Source: Lytechinus pictus
Taxonomy: Eukaryota
NCBI RefSeq assembly: GCF_037042905.1
Contig: NC_087263.1
Location: 9,300,001 to 9,364,000, forward strand
DNA length: 64,000 bases
Reading direction: 5' to 3'
Each line of letters starts with the position of its first letter. Position 1 is the first letter of the stretch. A program made the position numbers and the translations under genes. The notes below the pieces were generated by a model. That model made no database searches. It worked only from the letters and a program-made list of their open reading frames with translations, and was not told the origin of the DNA. This document shows positions 25,101 through 36,465 of the stretch, in pieces.

Positions 25101-28100
25101 GCTATCATTCAATCCTACAGTGGAAGGCCATCCCTTCAGGGAAACGCCTGATCAGAGAAGGATTTGTTTTCCAGCAGGACAATGACCCAAAACACATGTC
25201 AAGACTATGCAAAGACTACTTGAAGAAAAAGGAAGAGAAGCAAGTCCTGGAAATCATGGATTGGCCACCCCAGTCCCCAGATCTCAATCCCATCGAGTAT
25301 TCCATCAAATTTTCCATATCAGCGAAACACTGAGTATTGTTTAATTTTATTTGTGTGTCTGACTTCTGACTAGGAAAAGGAAAAATGAATGAAGTTGCAC
25401 ATGTTTTAGTGTAAAAGCTCTGAATAACTACAATAACTGCATGTAATAAAAGAAGTTGGCATTTTGAGAGAATGCCATCTTGACTGGTAGCCAGCCATTT
25501 AAGAGAGTATAAATTTGTTTGAATCAATAACAAAATTTACACTGCTGCATAATCTTCACTTTAAAACAAAAATTCAACTATGCTATGAGCCTCAATATCA
25601 ATAAAGTCTACCAAGTATATAAAAGCACATACTGAATGCAGGTGTTCCCAAACTTTTGGAGGGGAGTGTATAGGATGTGGATTTCCCACCGACTGGTTTT
25701 TGTCTCACCTGCATAGCAGAGTGAGACTATAGGCGCCGCTTTTCCGACGGCGACGGCGGCGTCAACACCAAATCTTAACCTGAGGTTAAGTTTTTGAAAT
25801 GACAGCATAACTTAGAAAGTATATGGACCTAGTTCATGAAACTTGGCCATAAGGTTAATCAAGTATTACTGAACATCCTGCCTGAGTTTCATGTCACATG
25901 ATCAAGGTCAAAGGTCATTTAGGGTCAATGAACTTAGACCATGTTGGGGGAATCAACATCAAAATCTTAACCTAAGGTTAAGTTTTTGAAATGTCATCAT
26001 AACTTAGAAAATATATGGACCTAGTTCATGAAACTTATACATAAGGTTAATCAAGTATCAATGAACATCCTGCTTGAGTTTCACATCACATGACCAAGGT
26101 CAAAGGTCATTTAGGGTCAATGAACTTTGGCCGAATTGGGGGTATCTGTTGAATTACCATCATAACTTTGAAAGTTTATGGATCTAGTTCATAAAACTTG
26201 GACATAATAGTAATCAAGTATCACTGAACATCCTGTGCAAGTTTCAGGTCACATGATCAAGGTCAAAGGTCATGTTAAGGTCAAAGAACTTTGGCCACGT
26301 TGGGGGTATTTGTTGAATTGCCATCATATCTCTATAAGTGTATTGGTCTAGTTCATAAAACGTGGAAATAAGAGTAACCAAGTATCACTGAACATCTTGT
26401 GCGAGTTATAGTAGTTTTCAAAATCAGCACTGCTGCTATATTGAATCGCGTGATGCAGGTGAGACGGCCAGAGGCATTCCACTTGTTAATTATGCATGCC
26501 AATTGCTCCCTCTGCAGGTGAACCACTCCCAGGTGCGGAGTGACAGGGCTATGATAGAATGGGAGAATAAACAGCCCCGCCCCCCGCCACCCCAAGCTCA
26601 GCGACAGAAACCGGGAAGAACCGTTACTGATGCTGTCGGTAAGAATCTTTTGAATATTTTTACCTGGTTTCAAATTTTTTAGTGTAAACATGAGAAGTGA
26701 AGTATTATTGTTGATGGAGGTGATAGTACAAATTATACAACTCCAAAGATTTTTCTGTAATCTGATTGGTCCAAATCAGATCACATGATATTCAGGGAAT
26801 TGCACCATTGCATCCAAAATGCACTATCCTGCACTCCGATTTCAGAGTGCAGGATAGTGTGAGTTCTGGAATTATCTGTTATCTAGAATTGAGATCAAAT
26901 ATAGCATTTGGGGCAACTCAGTAACATGGGTGAGGGGGGGGGTTGTATAAAACAAACAATATACGCATTCTTGTGCATAGGGCCTAAATAATGAACTCTG
27001 TGCTCGTCTCGCCAAATGGATATACTGCGGACCTCGGTGCGGTTTATCCATTGGCTCTTCTCGCACATCGTTCATTATTTGGCCCTGCATGCACGCGCCT
27101 ACGTCCATTATTTGTATACTATAATTTCCAAGGTTAATCAAAGCAGAGTTTAATAAGGAAAGATAGTGATGTTGAAAGTGATACTTCTTCCAGAAACTTT
27201 ATTGATTTCACCACACAGAAAAGACAGTAGGCCTACATTCTTCTGCCAAATAAGATTATATATACATGTAAGATTGATTTCAACCTCTCACTAATAATCT
27301 TATCGTGAATGATATCCTTTGTTTTGTTCAGGAACAAGGGACCAGATACGGGAAGCAAAAGAGAAGAGTTATATCGAGTTCCGACGGATGCAGACTGTCA
27401 AAAGGGAGTATACCTGGTATGTGAAAGGCCAACAAGAAAATAAAATGAGGGAAGCCAGGGACGAACGATGCAGGTAAGACTTTTTAGAAAATCATTCTTA
27501 AACTTAGAAATTTGTTGGTTTGAGTTCAGTAAAAATGTTATTACTTTCTGAAGTTTTAAAGATATTGTACACATTTTTGTTCTCCATTGCTGCTTTTCAT
27601 TTGATAGTATGAATTGAATTAAGAAATAAATATTAAACTCCTCAAATTGGCAACATTTTTGTGTGTTTTTTTTTTTAAATAAGATTTTGTTCAATTATGG
27701 AATTTTCCTGTAAATTTATCATATCTCTTTATTAATTTTCTTAAACATATATTTCCGGATTTTGTTTATTACATTCTTTGGGGGTTCAATGTTTCATTTT
27801 TCATACTTACAAAGGTCATCCAGTTATATTCCTTGCATGTATACAGACACAAGTGATTAGGGTGATTGATTGTACTTTCTCTTCAGATTTGTACTGTTTA
27901 GTTATATTTCACTATGTTCTTGTGGTGCGACAAAGGCCTATATGGCTATCACATCGTGACCATGCAAGCAACCGATTTTGGCTGAACTGTATTTTAAGGT
28001 CTTTGAACCTTACACATCCGCACATACGCTTCCCATAGTCATAGTATATGTATATGCCTTACATGAACCTAGGGAACATTTTAACATCCTTTCCCAAGGG

Positions 28101-31100
28101 ATATCTTCATGTTCCTATCCTCTCTCAGATGTTTTTGTTTGAAGCCATCATGTATTTTTCTTACAATAACTGTTCTAATGGAATTTGTTGACATTCGCCA
28201 AAAGTTGAAAATTTCTGCCTCACACCTCACTTTTAGCCCTAATTCTAATTCTCACATTATTCTGAAGTGAATACCCTATCACAACCATTAAGGATGTATT
28301 TAACTGAGGAGCAAATGCTTGTGACTGTAGCAATGTTCATATTCATCAACTTTTTTTTTTATACTTATGTTGCAGAAGCCTTCAAATGTTTGTTTTCAAC
28401 ATCAAAATTTATTTAATCGCAAACTGTTTTGGAACAGATAAAAGTGTGTCGTTAAGAAGATTTATTCTTTAGTGGGTTGATTTTGATCAGGGAGCCATGT
28501 GGTCGCTTACATTGGCAAATCAAAATGTTTTCAGCAACATCGTCTTACAATTGTTTGAAAAGGTTTACATGTGCATACATGTACATGTATGACTGATTTG
28601 CAAAATTATTAGCAACTATTTTCAGAAAAGACAGATTCCCAAAGAAATTGTTCAATCTTTTGTTGAAGTCTTTGATATTGTCGAAAAGTTCTTTGCGACA
28701 AGAAATCTGTTTTCAGACATTTCTTACAACCATTTATGAACCTTCTGAAACCTGTTGGTGGATATAGAATCTGCTCTTTTGGCTAGCATTGGTCTCTCAG
28801 TTACATGTAGATACCACCCCCGCCCACACTAACCCTATATTAGGGCAATTCCATAAAATATGTATGTCCGGCCCCATGTATGTGAGACCTTCATGACATT
28901 TTCTGTTTCTAATTTCTGGTTCTTATGACAGTCTGCAATGCTCTCAAATGACCATGACTTGGTAATTTTATGAAGTGAAGAAAGAATCGAGAAAAATGGG
29001 GGTGGGACGTACAAAAAGGTTGATTATTTTACAGAATTGCCCTATATCGTCCATGAATTAAAACAAGTGTAATTGTTGAAGGTGTACATGTTAGGTCGCA
29101 ATTTCTGAGTGATTGCTCTACGTGTCTTTTTTTCCATCTCGAATCTTTCCGCTTCCTATGCAGTACTCAAAGCTTTGAAAAATCCTTGACAATAAACACG
29201 GAAGCAAGCATGTACCAGTAAGCAGAAAAAGAGACTTATATTAAACTGTTCTCTGAAATAGAAGAGATCTATAGAGATCTTCTTTAGTCTTTCTTGTATT
29301 CTGTCTGTTTAGATCTTAGAACCAGGTGCATGTAGGCACTAACTCTTTGCAGGGCAGTTCATATTCTCTTGGTCTAGAAGCATTTGGTCTGCTTTTCAGA
29401 AAGCCTAATACTACATGGATATGGACAAATCCCATGTGGTCTATAAATTTGGTCTAGTTGCCATTGGTCTAGGCTCTAATTGGTCTAGTTCTCATTTAGA
29501 CTAATGCCCAGTTGGTTGTATTTCCACATCATCTACTTACTGTTTGCACTTTGTCAAATTAAAATTTGGTTAGTAAACAGTTGATCCAATAATGCATTAG
29601 ACGAAGTGGTTTATAGATGAATGGGTATCAGGCTAAGAGTTCCATGACATGCTCCGGCGACAATTGCTTCGATAAAAAATCTGCACGTTAAGCCATATAT
29701 AAAACCTAACCTCCCAAACTTATTTAATTTATTTAAAACAGTTGTTACAACAATTGGGGTATCTACTCTGTATAGCTGCTGAAAAGCCGAATTGCAGAAC
29801 CCTTAAAAAATTTACATGAAAATACATTAAAATAAAAAAGCCCTAATTCAGCAAAACACATAGAAATGTTGTTTATCATATTGGGGATGCATGTATTAAA
29901 TCATGACATGCATCCCCATCATGATCAACCAAAAGTTAAGATACATGCAGCCAAAAAAATGTAAATAGAACAATAAACGAAATTCATTCACCATTCAAGC
30001 ATATCAGGAAAAATCAGTTAACATGAGAATTTTATGATATAAATAAATGTTTGACATTTTTTAGCTTCCCATAATTTTAGTACAGGGTTAGGCCATGGCA
30101 CATGATAAACTCGACTTGAGAACACGGGCAGCTTATCTGTTTAGATCTTAGAACCATGAGGGTACTAACTCTAGACCTATGCAGAGGTACACTGTAGAGC
30201 TGGGAGTGTTTCATGAAATAGCTAGTCATTTATTTTCTAGTCATTTATTTTACAACAAGCTACTGAAATCCTTGCATCTGATTGGCTCAGAGCAAATTAG
30301 CCAGGAAAAATCACTGACAAGTTGCTTTATGAAACACTCCCAAAGGAATTTATATTTCAAAGCAAATATGAAGAATTGTGCCAATAAACAAATGTATTAC
30401 TTCTAACAATACTACAGTAAAAATAAGAGTAGATTGATTCAATGTTGTTTGTAAGATGGAAAGCCTCCATGTTTTTTTAGCTTTTCTTATTCAGAGTCTT
30501 GAATACATAAAAGAGAATTATTATGTTGTCATTGTCCTATTATTATATTAGTTTTTAATTGATTTTGCTTTGATATGTGTTGCATGCTATCACAATATTT
30601 ACACATGATATCATATACATGTAGACATGTGTATGCATGCTTGTTTTATGTCTTTATCACCAGTATGAACAATTATCTCTTAATGGTATCTACTTTCCTT
30701 TGCTATTTGCATGTGTATGGCTAGCTTACTTTGTAATTGAATGTAAATTCTTTGACCATGAACGTATTTGTTTAATTATTTTGATATTTTATATCTTTTT
30801 CTCGAGACGCTCTATTTTAGATATAACTTTAGACAGGTTCTTTAAAGATATCTTTATGAGCTTAAACTTTTGTGCATTTTTCTCCTGAATTTCAACAATC
30901 TGTTATGATAGTATAATATCGGTAATATTTTGTTTTTTATTATCATAGTGCTGAATACATTGAAACAGTGTCTGCAAAAGCTTTACAGATATGAGTTATT
31001 GTGAATCCACTAGGAATTAATCAGTCGCCCAGCAGAATGACATATTAAAGTGATATCATACACATAATTCAAATTCACAAGATATTCAATACAGTGCATT

Positions 31101-32244
31101 TATCTTCTTTTTTTTAATTAAATAACAAAATTTAAATTTTTTTACTTCCACAGACAGTACGCAGCTGATGTGACCCGGCGCGATGTCCAACGTCAAATGG
31201 ACAGTGAGGCAAAAATGGAGCAGGTTCAAGCCGCGAAGAGTGCAGTTAGTGGGACTATCGCGAAACGTCAGAAGGAGTTGGCGGTACAGAACGGCTCACG
31301 AGAGCAGAGGAGGATCGATGCTTTGAGGACCAGGAATGAGAAGAGAATGGACGTTCAGAGACAAAAAGACCAAGATTTACGTGATGCGATTCGGCATAAA
31401 GAGGTACCTATTCACTTTTACTTGTTTCCCAAAGTGTAATGAATTTTTTAGATACACTATTTCTGGTATGACTACATCTCAATACTACACTATCTGCATA
31501 TATAATGCTTGGGTAATTACCGTCTGTCTCTTCATTAAAAAAAGGGAATTGAATCCATTTTTTTTGTAGCATTGCCAATTTAGAATGTGTAATGATTGTT
31601 ACCCAGCAGTCCTCAAATTGGCAATAGTTTACATGTAGGATATTGAGAAATAAAGAATTTCTTTTAAGTGGAGGTATAAAGCCTTTAGAATACTCATTTT
31701 TTCTGCCGTCCATTGCTTGTGGTTCAGTGGTAACCGTAAAAGCATTAAAGCTTTACACTACACTGGTGCATTGGCTCAAATCCTGCACTTGATGAATAAT
31801 ATTGATAATAATTTCTTTGGCTATAAATTGATAACAATAGAGTTTGTGTTGAAATCAAACCTGATGACAGTGAATATATAAAATAAGAAACTTTAATAAA
31901 CGTTTGGTTGGTCTGGCAGATTTAATGGCAGCTGGGTATGATGACAAATTAGGCCGAAGACGTATTGCAGTGATAAAATTGGAATAAATATTCTACTAAA
32001 ACTTTGTTTAAATCTATAGGAGGTTAAACTTCAACGACAGGAAGATCGTTCCCAGCAGCACGTTGAGCGTCTGTGCGAACGCCGTGAGCAGGAGGCTGCA
32101 CGAGACCTGCAGATGCGCAACAAAGAGTTGAGCAGGAGGTCTCACTTCCGTAACATCGAGCGACAGAACCAAGAGCGCAAGGATATCAGGATCGCGATGA
32201 AGGAGCAACGCAACGAGGAATTCCGCTCGCAGGTTCTACCGTAA
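15379..32244 (+). CDS. Whole gene span: VWA + DUF4537-like + repeat + coiled-coil protein (VWA3B/C11orf16-like), 11 coding exons, 1064 aa
   Basis: All 10 introns are GT-AG with compatible phases. Exon lengths sum to 3195 nt, open from ACCATGG (15379) to TAA (32242-32244). Confidence 0.8.
16937..17106 (+). CDS. VWA/DUF4537 gene coding exon 2
   Basis: CAG|AGT...AG|GTAAGT; SATITYKTEG...TTSLDHNP...AWETVR; phase 0 to 2. Confidence 0.8.
18560..18689 (+). CDS. VWA/DUF4537 gene coding exon 3 (start of DUF4537/Tudor-like region)
   Basis: GMKVLARREKDGYYCPGTI; TAG| acceptor, AGG|GTAAGA donor; phase 2 to 0. Confidence 0.85.
19351..19576 (+). CDS. VWA/DUF4537 gene coding exon 4
   Basis: PGDKVLAPWEKAGYRFAPGIVLDG; CAG| acceptor, |GTGAGT donor; phase 0 to 1. 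Confidence 0.85.
20343..21020 (+). CDS. VWA/DUF4537 gene coding exon 5
   Basis: LVVSFFNGKTAKVTKQTAIWIP (DUF4537-like end) followed by a coiled-coil stretch; TAG| acceptor, AG|GTATGT donor; phase 1 to 1. Confidence 0.85.
21072..21372 (+). mobile_element. tRNA-derived SINE, family A
   Basis: A box TGGCCCAGTGG, B box GGTTCGAATCC, central CACTCGACCCAGGTGAGGTGAATGGGTACC, (TTA)n tail. Further copies at 45385, 57128 and 58345. Confidence 0.9.
21795..22027 (+). mobile_element. 5'-truncated diverged SINE, family A
   Basis: Central and 3' parts are similar to 21150-21370. Confidence 0.75.
22192..22496 (+). CDS. VWA/DUF4537 gene coding exon 6 (repeat 1)
   Basis: RPQWKYW...VGPFRDTALEA...NKSSMFTP; CAG| acceptor, CCG|GTAATG donor; phase 1 to 0. 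Confidence 0.85.
22550..22927 (+). mobile_element. tRNA-derived SINE, family B
   Basis: TGGCTCAGTCGG A box, GGTTCAAGTCC B box, (AAT)n tail. The 3' part recurs inverted at ~53405-53540. Confidence 0.75.
23161..23352 (+). CDS. VWA/DUF4537 gene coding exon 7 (repeat 2)
   Basis: VRTDRAQVEWE...VGPFRDTALEA...NRSAVFTP; CAG| acceptor, CCG|GTAAGT donor; symmetric phase 0. Confidence 0.85.
23883..25668 (+). mobile_element. Tc1-like DNA transposon (DD38E / Intruder type)
   Basis: TA flanks (23881-2, 25669-70). The outer 31 bp of the TIRs are identical (CACTCCCCTCCAAAAGTTTGGGAACACCTGC), with imperfect inverted similarity continuing inward. Contains a transposase ORF. Confidence 0.95.
24449..25333 (+). 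pseudogene. Tc1-family transposase, C-terminally truncated just after the catalytic Glu
   Basis: Paired-like HTH, GRPK, WSDESKF, KHGGG, QQDND and SPDLNPIE motifs. Similarity stops at ~25297, so the usual C-terminal helices are absent. Confidence 0.85.
25697..26487 (+). mobile_element. Helentron-associated (HINE/DINE-like) non-autonomous element with internal ~160-190 bp tandem repeats
   Basis: Subterminal inverted repeat GTCTCACCTGCAT / ATGCAGGTGAGAC and T-rich flanks. 3-4 internal units contain AAGGTCAAAGGTCA and CTAGTTCATRAAACTT. Confidence 0.65.
26518..26638 (+). CDS. VWA/DUF4537 gene coding exon 8 (partial repeat 3)
   Basis: VNHSQVRSDRAMIEWENKQPRP resembles the start of exon 7; CAG| acceptor, G|GTAAGA donor; phase 0 to 1. 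Confidence 0.85.
27332..27473 (+). CDS. VWA/DUF4537 gene coding exon 9
   Basis: TRDQIREAKEKSYIEFRRMQ...; CAG| acceptor, AG|GTAAGA donor; phase 1 to 2. Confidence 0.85.
29164..29217 (+). CDS. Candidate 54-nt cassette exon of the VWA/DUF4537 gene
   Basis: Long pyrimidine tract plus CAG, donor GTAAGC, symmetric phase 2, and open in the gene's frame (TQSFEKSLTINTEASMY). Confidence 0.45.
31154..31403 (+). CDS. VWA/DUF4537 gene coding exon 10 (coiled coil)
   Basis: QYAADVTRRDVQRQMD...IRHKE; CAG| acceptor, GAG|GTACCT donor; phase 2 to 0. Confidence 0.85.
32020..32244 (+). CDS. VWA/DUF4537 gene last coding exon (R/E/Q-rich coiled coil)
   Basis: TAG|GAG GTT AAA...EEFRSQVLP*; stop TAA at 32242-32244. 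Confidence 0.85.
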   Translation, partial: EVKLQRQEDRSQQHVERLCERREQEAARDLQMRNKELSRRSHFRNIERQNQERKDIRIAMKEQRNEEFRSQVLP

Positions 32245-32323
32245 GGAATTACCATTGCACAATTAAAAGTATAATATTCAATGTTTATATCAAGTTGGGT
32301 AGCCTGGTTGTGGAAAGATCTAA

Positions 32324-32742
32324 AGCCCCATCACACTTATTCAGAATCAGCAGGAATTAAGCAGAAGCTGGAACGAAAAAAATATTTTAAAAATCTAGAA
32401 ATTTTTGGGAGGAACTTATGAATTCACCAAACTGGAGTTGAAATTCAGTAAATTGACCAGGTGAATCATCATACACTAGTCAAAATGAACCGCAATGGAG
32501 TCAGATTGATAATTCGTGCTACATTCTTGGACATTCTAAATATTCTGACTGCATTCTGAGTGCATTCAAAATATTTTTGTCATTTCTTTTGGCCGTCCCA
32601 AAGGTTTTGGTCATGTTCAAATTTTTTGAGGGGTAGTTTCGAACGGTGATCAAAGTAGATTTAAATGACCAACTGGTGGTCGAACAATAGTCCTTTCATT
32701 CCGGCCAATTCTGCTTGATTCGGAATAAGTGTGATGGGGGCT
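32324..32742. mobile_element. Harbinger-like MITE in the 3' UTR
   Basis: TIRs AGCCCCATCACACTTATTC / GAATAAGTGTGATGGGGGCT; TAA on the left flank. Confidence 0.65.
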
Positions 32743-35573
32743 TTGCTAAATGACAAAGGCCTGCAGGCCATCCTTTCCGAACCCACCCTAAAAACCATTT
32801 ACAAATTTGAATCCTGACCAACTCTGGAAACAGTTTTTCAGGTGTCATTTTCAATCTTGTAAATAGCATACATAAAGAAATGTATATTTTAGCATATTAA
32901 CGCCGACAACTCGTTTGAGATTATGTGGACATAGTTGCTGCCTTTCATGAAATCTACGCGATGAATCAAATTTATTTGTTTTTATAAGGTGTGATTGTGC
33001 CAAGAAAATTACTTATGTTTTGATTATCTTGTTTGTGTTTGATTCATAATCCAGTTTACTTCATGCCTGTTTTCATCCAAAATTTGAAGTATAAATGAAA
33101 CCTTGTCTGCCAAGCACCACATTGTGTGGAAATCCTACATTTTTTAAATATTTTTTTATAATACTAACAGTGGGTGTCATACTGGGGAGTGTTTCACGAA
33201 GGACTTGTCAGACGTTAAATCCGACTGTTGTAAAATTGCAACAGAATATTTGCAATCGATTGCAAATATTTTCTTGCAACACTCCTCAAGAGATACAAAT
33301 TGAAATCGATTCAAATTTAAGTCTGATTTTAATGTACCACAACTCTTTCTTAGACTGGGTCCTGGTACCATGTCATAGAAATTGTAAATAAACAATTATC
33401 ACTGTTACAGGCTGCTTAAACTGAGATATTTCATTGGCTGATACCAAAATTGTCATAGAAATTTGATGAAAGTTTTGTGAAACCATGTCCTGGCCTTCAT
33501 AAATTTGTGTCTGCAAGGAATGAGGAATCATTAAAAGCAAACTCAGGACATGCTATTATTCTATATTTCAGGTTGAAACGATCACCTTGATTTTATATCC
33601 CTCTTTCATTTTCTATACAAACTTTGAAAGTTAAGAAGGTACATGTATGTGTAGTTGCAGGTTCAAAAGTATTTCTTGTACCTGGACAGTATACATGTGC
33701 ATCTATGATTCTTTCATATAATTAAAAAGAAAAAGCTAAATATAACTACACGTAGTTGCAGGCACAATCCAACTTCTAGTACATGAGTGATTGATTCTTA
33801 TGCATAATAGTGTGTTTAAAGAATTTTTTGCATGGATTTTAATTATGTCTGTACATGTACATTTAAATTAGTTGGTTGTGATGGTGAAGCCCAAACCAAT
33901 GTGTTTTGCCCAGTGGAATTGTAGACTGTACGGTACTTTTATATATACATGTATTTAAGACAGTGGAATCATAAACATCTAAATCCTGTTTTATAAACAG
34001 TTACGGCTATGGCATCATTGAATATACCATTGGATCCTTGATTTTGGTTAGCTACTTAACCATCTTACAATGACAAATTTACTGTATTGTATTCCTCAGT
34101 TTTCTGTAATGAAGCCCCAAGTCTTTTCTATATGTATACATGATTATCAACTATTTAAAAAAAGACTCTAGTAAACAGCACTCTTTTAATTGGACAATGT
34201 ATGTGTTATATTTTTAATGATTTTAAAAAATTTTATGAGTAAAGTTATTGTAATTATTTTTTATTTATACTAGGGCAAGGCTTTTTTCTCATTCTTATCT
34301 ATCTTCAAGCTTTCCAAGTCTATAAAATTTTGTTTTTATGTTAATCACAGATATATAAACTACACAGAGCTTTCATAACATTAATTATCATCTTTTAAAT
34401 TTGGCAAAGACTTATGAACTTTAATGATAATTTAATTGACATGAATTAGATGTTTCATATTTATTTTAGTTTCGATGATGAAATAATTTTGTGAAATATT
34501 TAATGAAATAGAGTCATTGTATATACATGTACATAGAATATTTGTATTGCAAAGCTTTAGAATTATGCATATATATATATATATAATAGAAAATATTTTG
34601 ATTAACATTTTAATAGACCTATAAACTAGTATGTATGTATAGAGAACAGAGTCATGATAAGTACTGATAAGAGAAATGTTTTTATTTCTTATAGATAATA
34701 ATCATGCTAAGAAGTATATATGTAAGAAATGTGGTAACAAAAGACATCATGATCGTACTCCATATACTAGTAGATTGGCATTTGTTTGAAAAAAAAATTG
34801 AACTAAGGAATGGAAAATGAATTTGAGATTTTTTTTGTATTGGTCAATGTGATACATGTATTTACTATGATATTTTTAGGAAGGAGAAAAGTTAATAAGC
34901 AAGGACTCTGCTAATATTTGAAATGGTCTGTGTAGAAATGATCAGGAGTGTGTCAATATTTTTTAAACATTGACTTGGTGTTTTTGTTGTTAATATAATC
35001 TATATTGTAATGTATAGAATGGCTATTGAATATCATTGATTAGTTATATGTGTTGAAATGTGTATAAAAAGATAAACTGCATATCTAATCTTTTAAAAGT
35101 CTATATAATGTTAATATAATCGTTATTGTAAGGCATATTTTTTGTGATGAGATTAGAATGGCTATTGAATATGATTGATTAGTTAACATGAATGTACATG
35201 TACTGATATGTGTTAAGATACATGTACATGTAGATACACTGCCTATAAAGCTCTTTTTAAAAGTCTATTGTGTCTATAATATTGGTCAACTAGTAGCATA
35301 ATCATGTAATGTAAATAGTTTACTTGAGTAAACTTGAGTGTAAACATGGACCAGAGAGTAAATTTGTTTGATACAGTATGTGTTGATATGTGATGTAAAC
35401 AAAAATAGGAATTAAGATTCAGATAGATATACATGCATCTTGCGTTTCCTAGTATGTTGGATTAAATGCTGAATTGTGCATTCGCTTACATGGAATTCTT
35501 TTCTTGTGTTGTCCTTACATTTCCTACACCTCCTTAATCTCAACTTGAGTTAAATCTTTGAAATGACAAACAA

Positions 35574-35623
35574 AATAAAAACCAAAGTACATGTCATTTT
35601 GTTGAGAAAGGTTTGCATTTATT
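35574..35623. terminator. Candidate back-to-back polyadenylation signals of the two convergent genes
   Basis: AATAAA on + at 35574-35579 and on - at 35618-35623, at the point where + strand composition flips from T/G-rich to A/C-rich. Confidence 0.45.
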
Positions 35624-35939
35624 CCCAATGCAATACAATAATAATCAAAATTGAATATAAAAAATATATAGTTGAATTCTCGGAGAATAATTTCACAAGA
35701 TCATAATAAATTTTTACAAATCTCATAAATAATTGAACATTGAATCATTGGATACAAACCATCTGAGTATAAATACATGTACACTTTACATGCAAAGAAC
35801 GGTGGTCTAGTTATAAAACATACAAAAATAATAGAATGAAACCCCCCAATAGAGACAAGGAAGTTGGTCTTCAAAGAAAAGGTTTTGAAATGTTATTTTC
35901 GGTGATGGGACACCATATCAACAATTAAAAGGCCTTTAA

Positions 35940-36465
35940 AGGAAACCAAAATCCAATATGAGAAGCAATCTTATTGGAAAAAGTAAAATAAGAGGAACAA
36001 TTTAAAACAAGTTTCATCAAAATCCGTTGTGAAATAATCAAGTTATGGTCGTTTAAAATGGCTGATTTTGTGGACAACTCTCCATTTGTTTTGTACACAA
36101 TTTTTCGTATTTACCCTATTATCTTTAAAATTGCATATTGCCTCATTCTGAGTATACCATACATGTATGTCATGGGAAATATAATTCACACCACATATGT
36201 CAAGTTCAGGAGGAGATGATATGAAATATGTATAAAAATAAAGGGGAAAATCTGAAAATTTTAGTACAAATCAAATTGAAGGTTGTCCACAAAATCAGCC
36301 ATTTTGAAGCATGTTAGTCAATTTGAGGATCCCCATAGAAAGTACAAGACTTCAAACTTCCATATCTCGCTTATGCTATAACCAATTTTGGTGAAACTTG
36401 TTTTAAATTGTTCCTCTCATTTTACTCTTTCCAATAAGATTGCTCCTCTTGGGGTTTGGATTCCT
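35940..36465. mobile_element. Kolobok-like MITE
   Basis: TTAA|AGGAAACCAAA ... TTTGGATTCCT|TTAA with ~110 bp imperfect TIRs. Confidence 0.75.

Noticed and set aside
29304-30172. Direct repeat TCTGTTTAGATCTTAGAACCA at ~29304 and ~30137
   Set aside because: A short local duplication with no element structure I could define.
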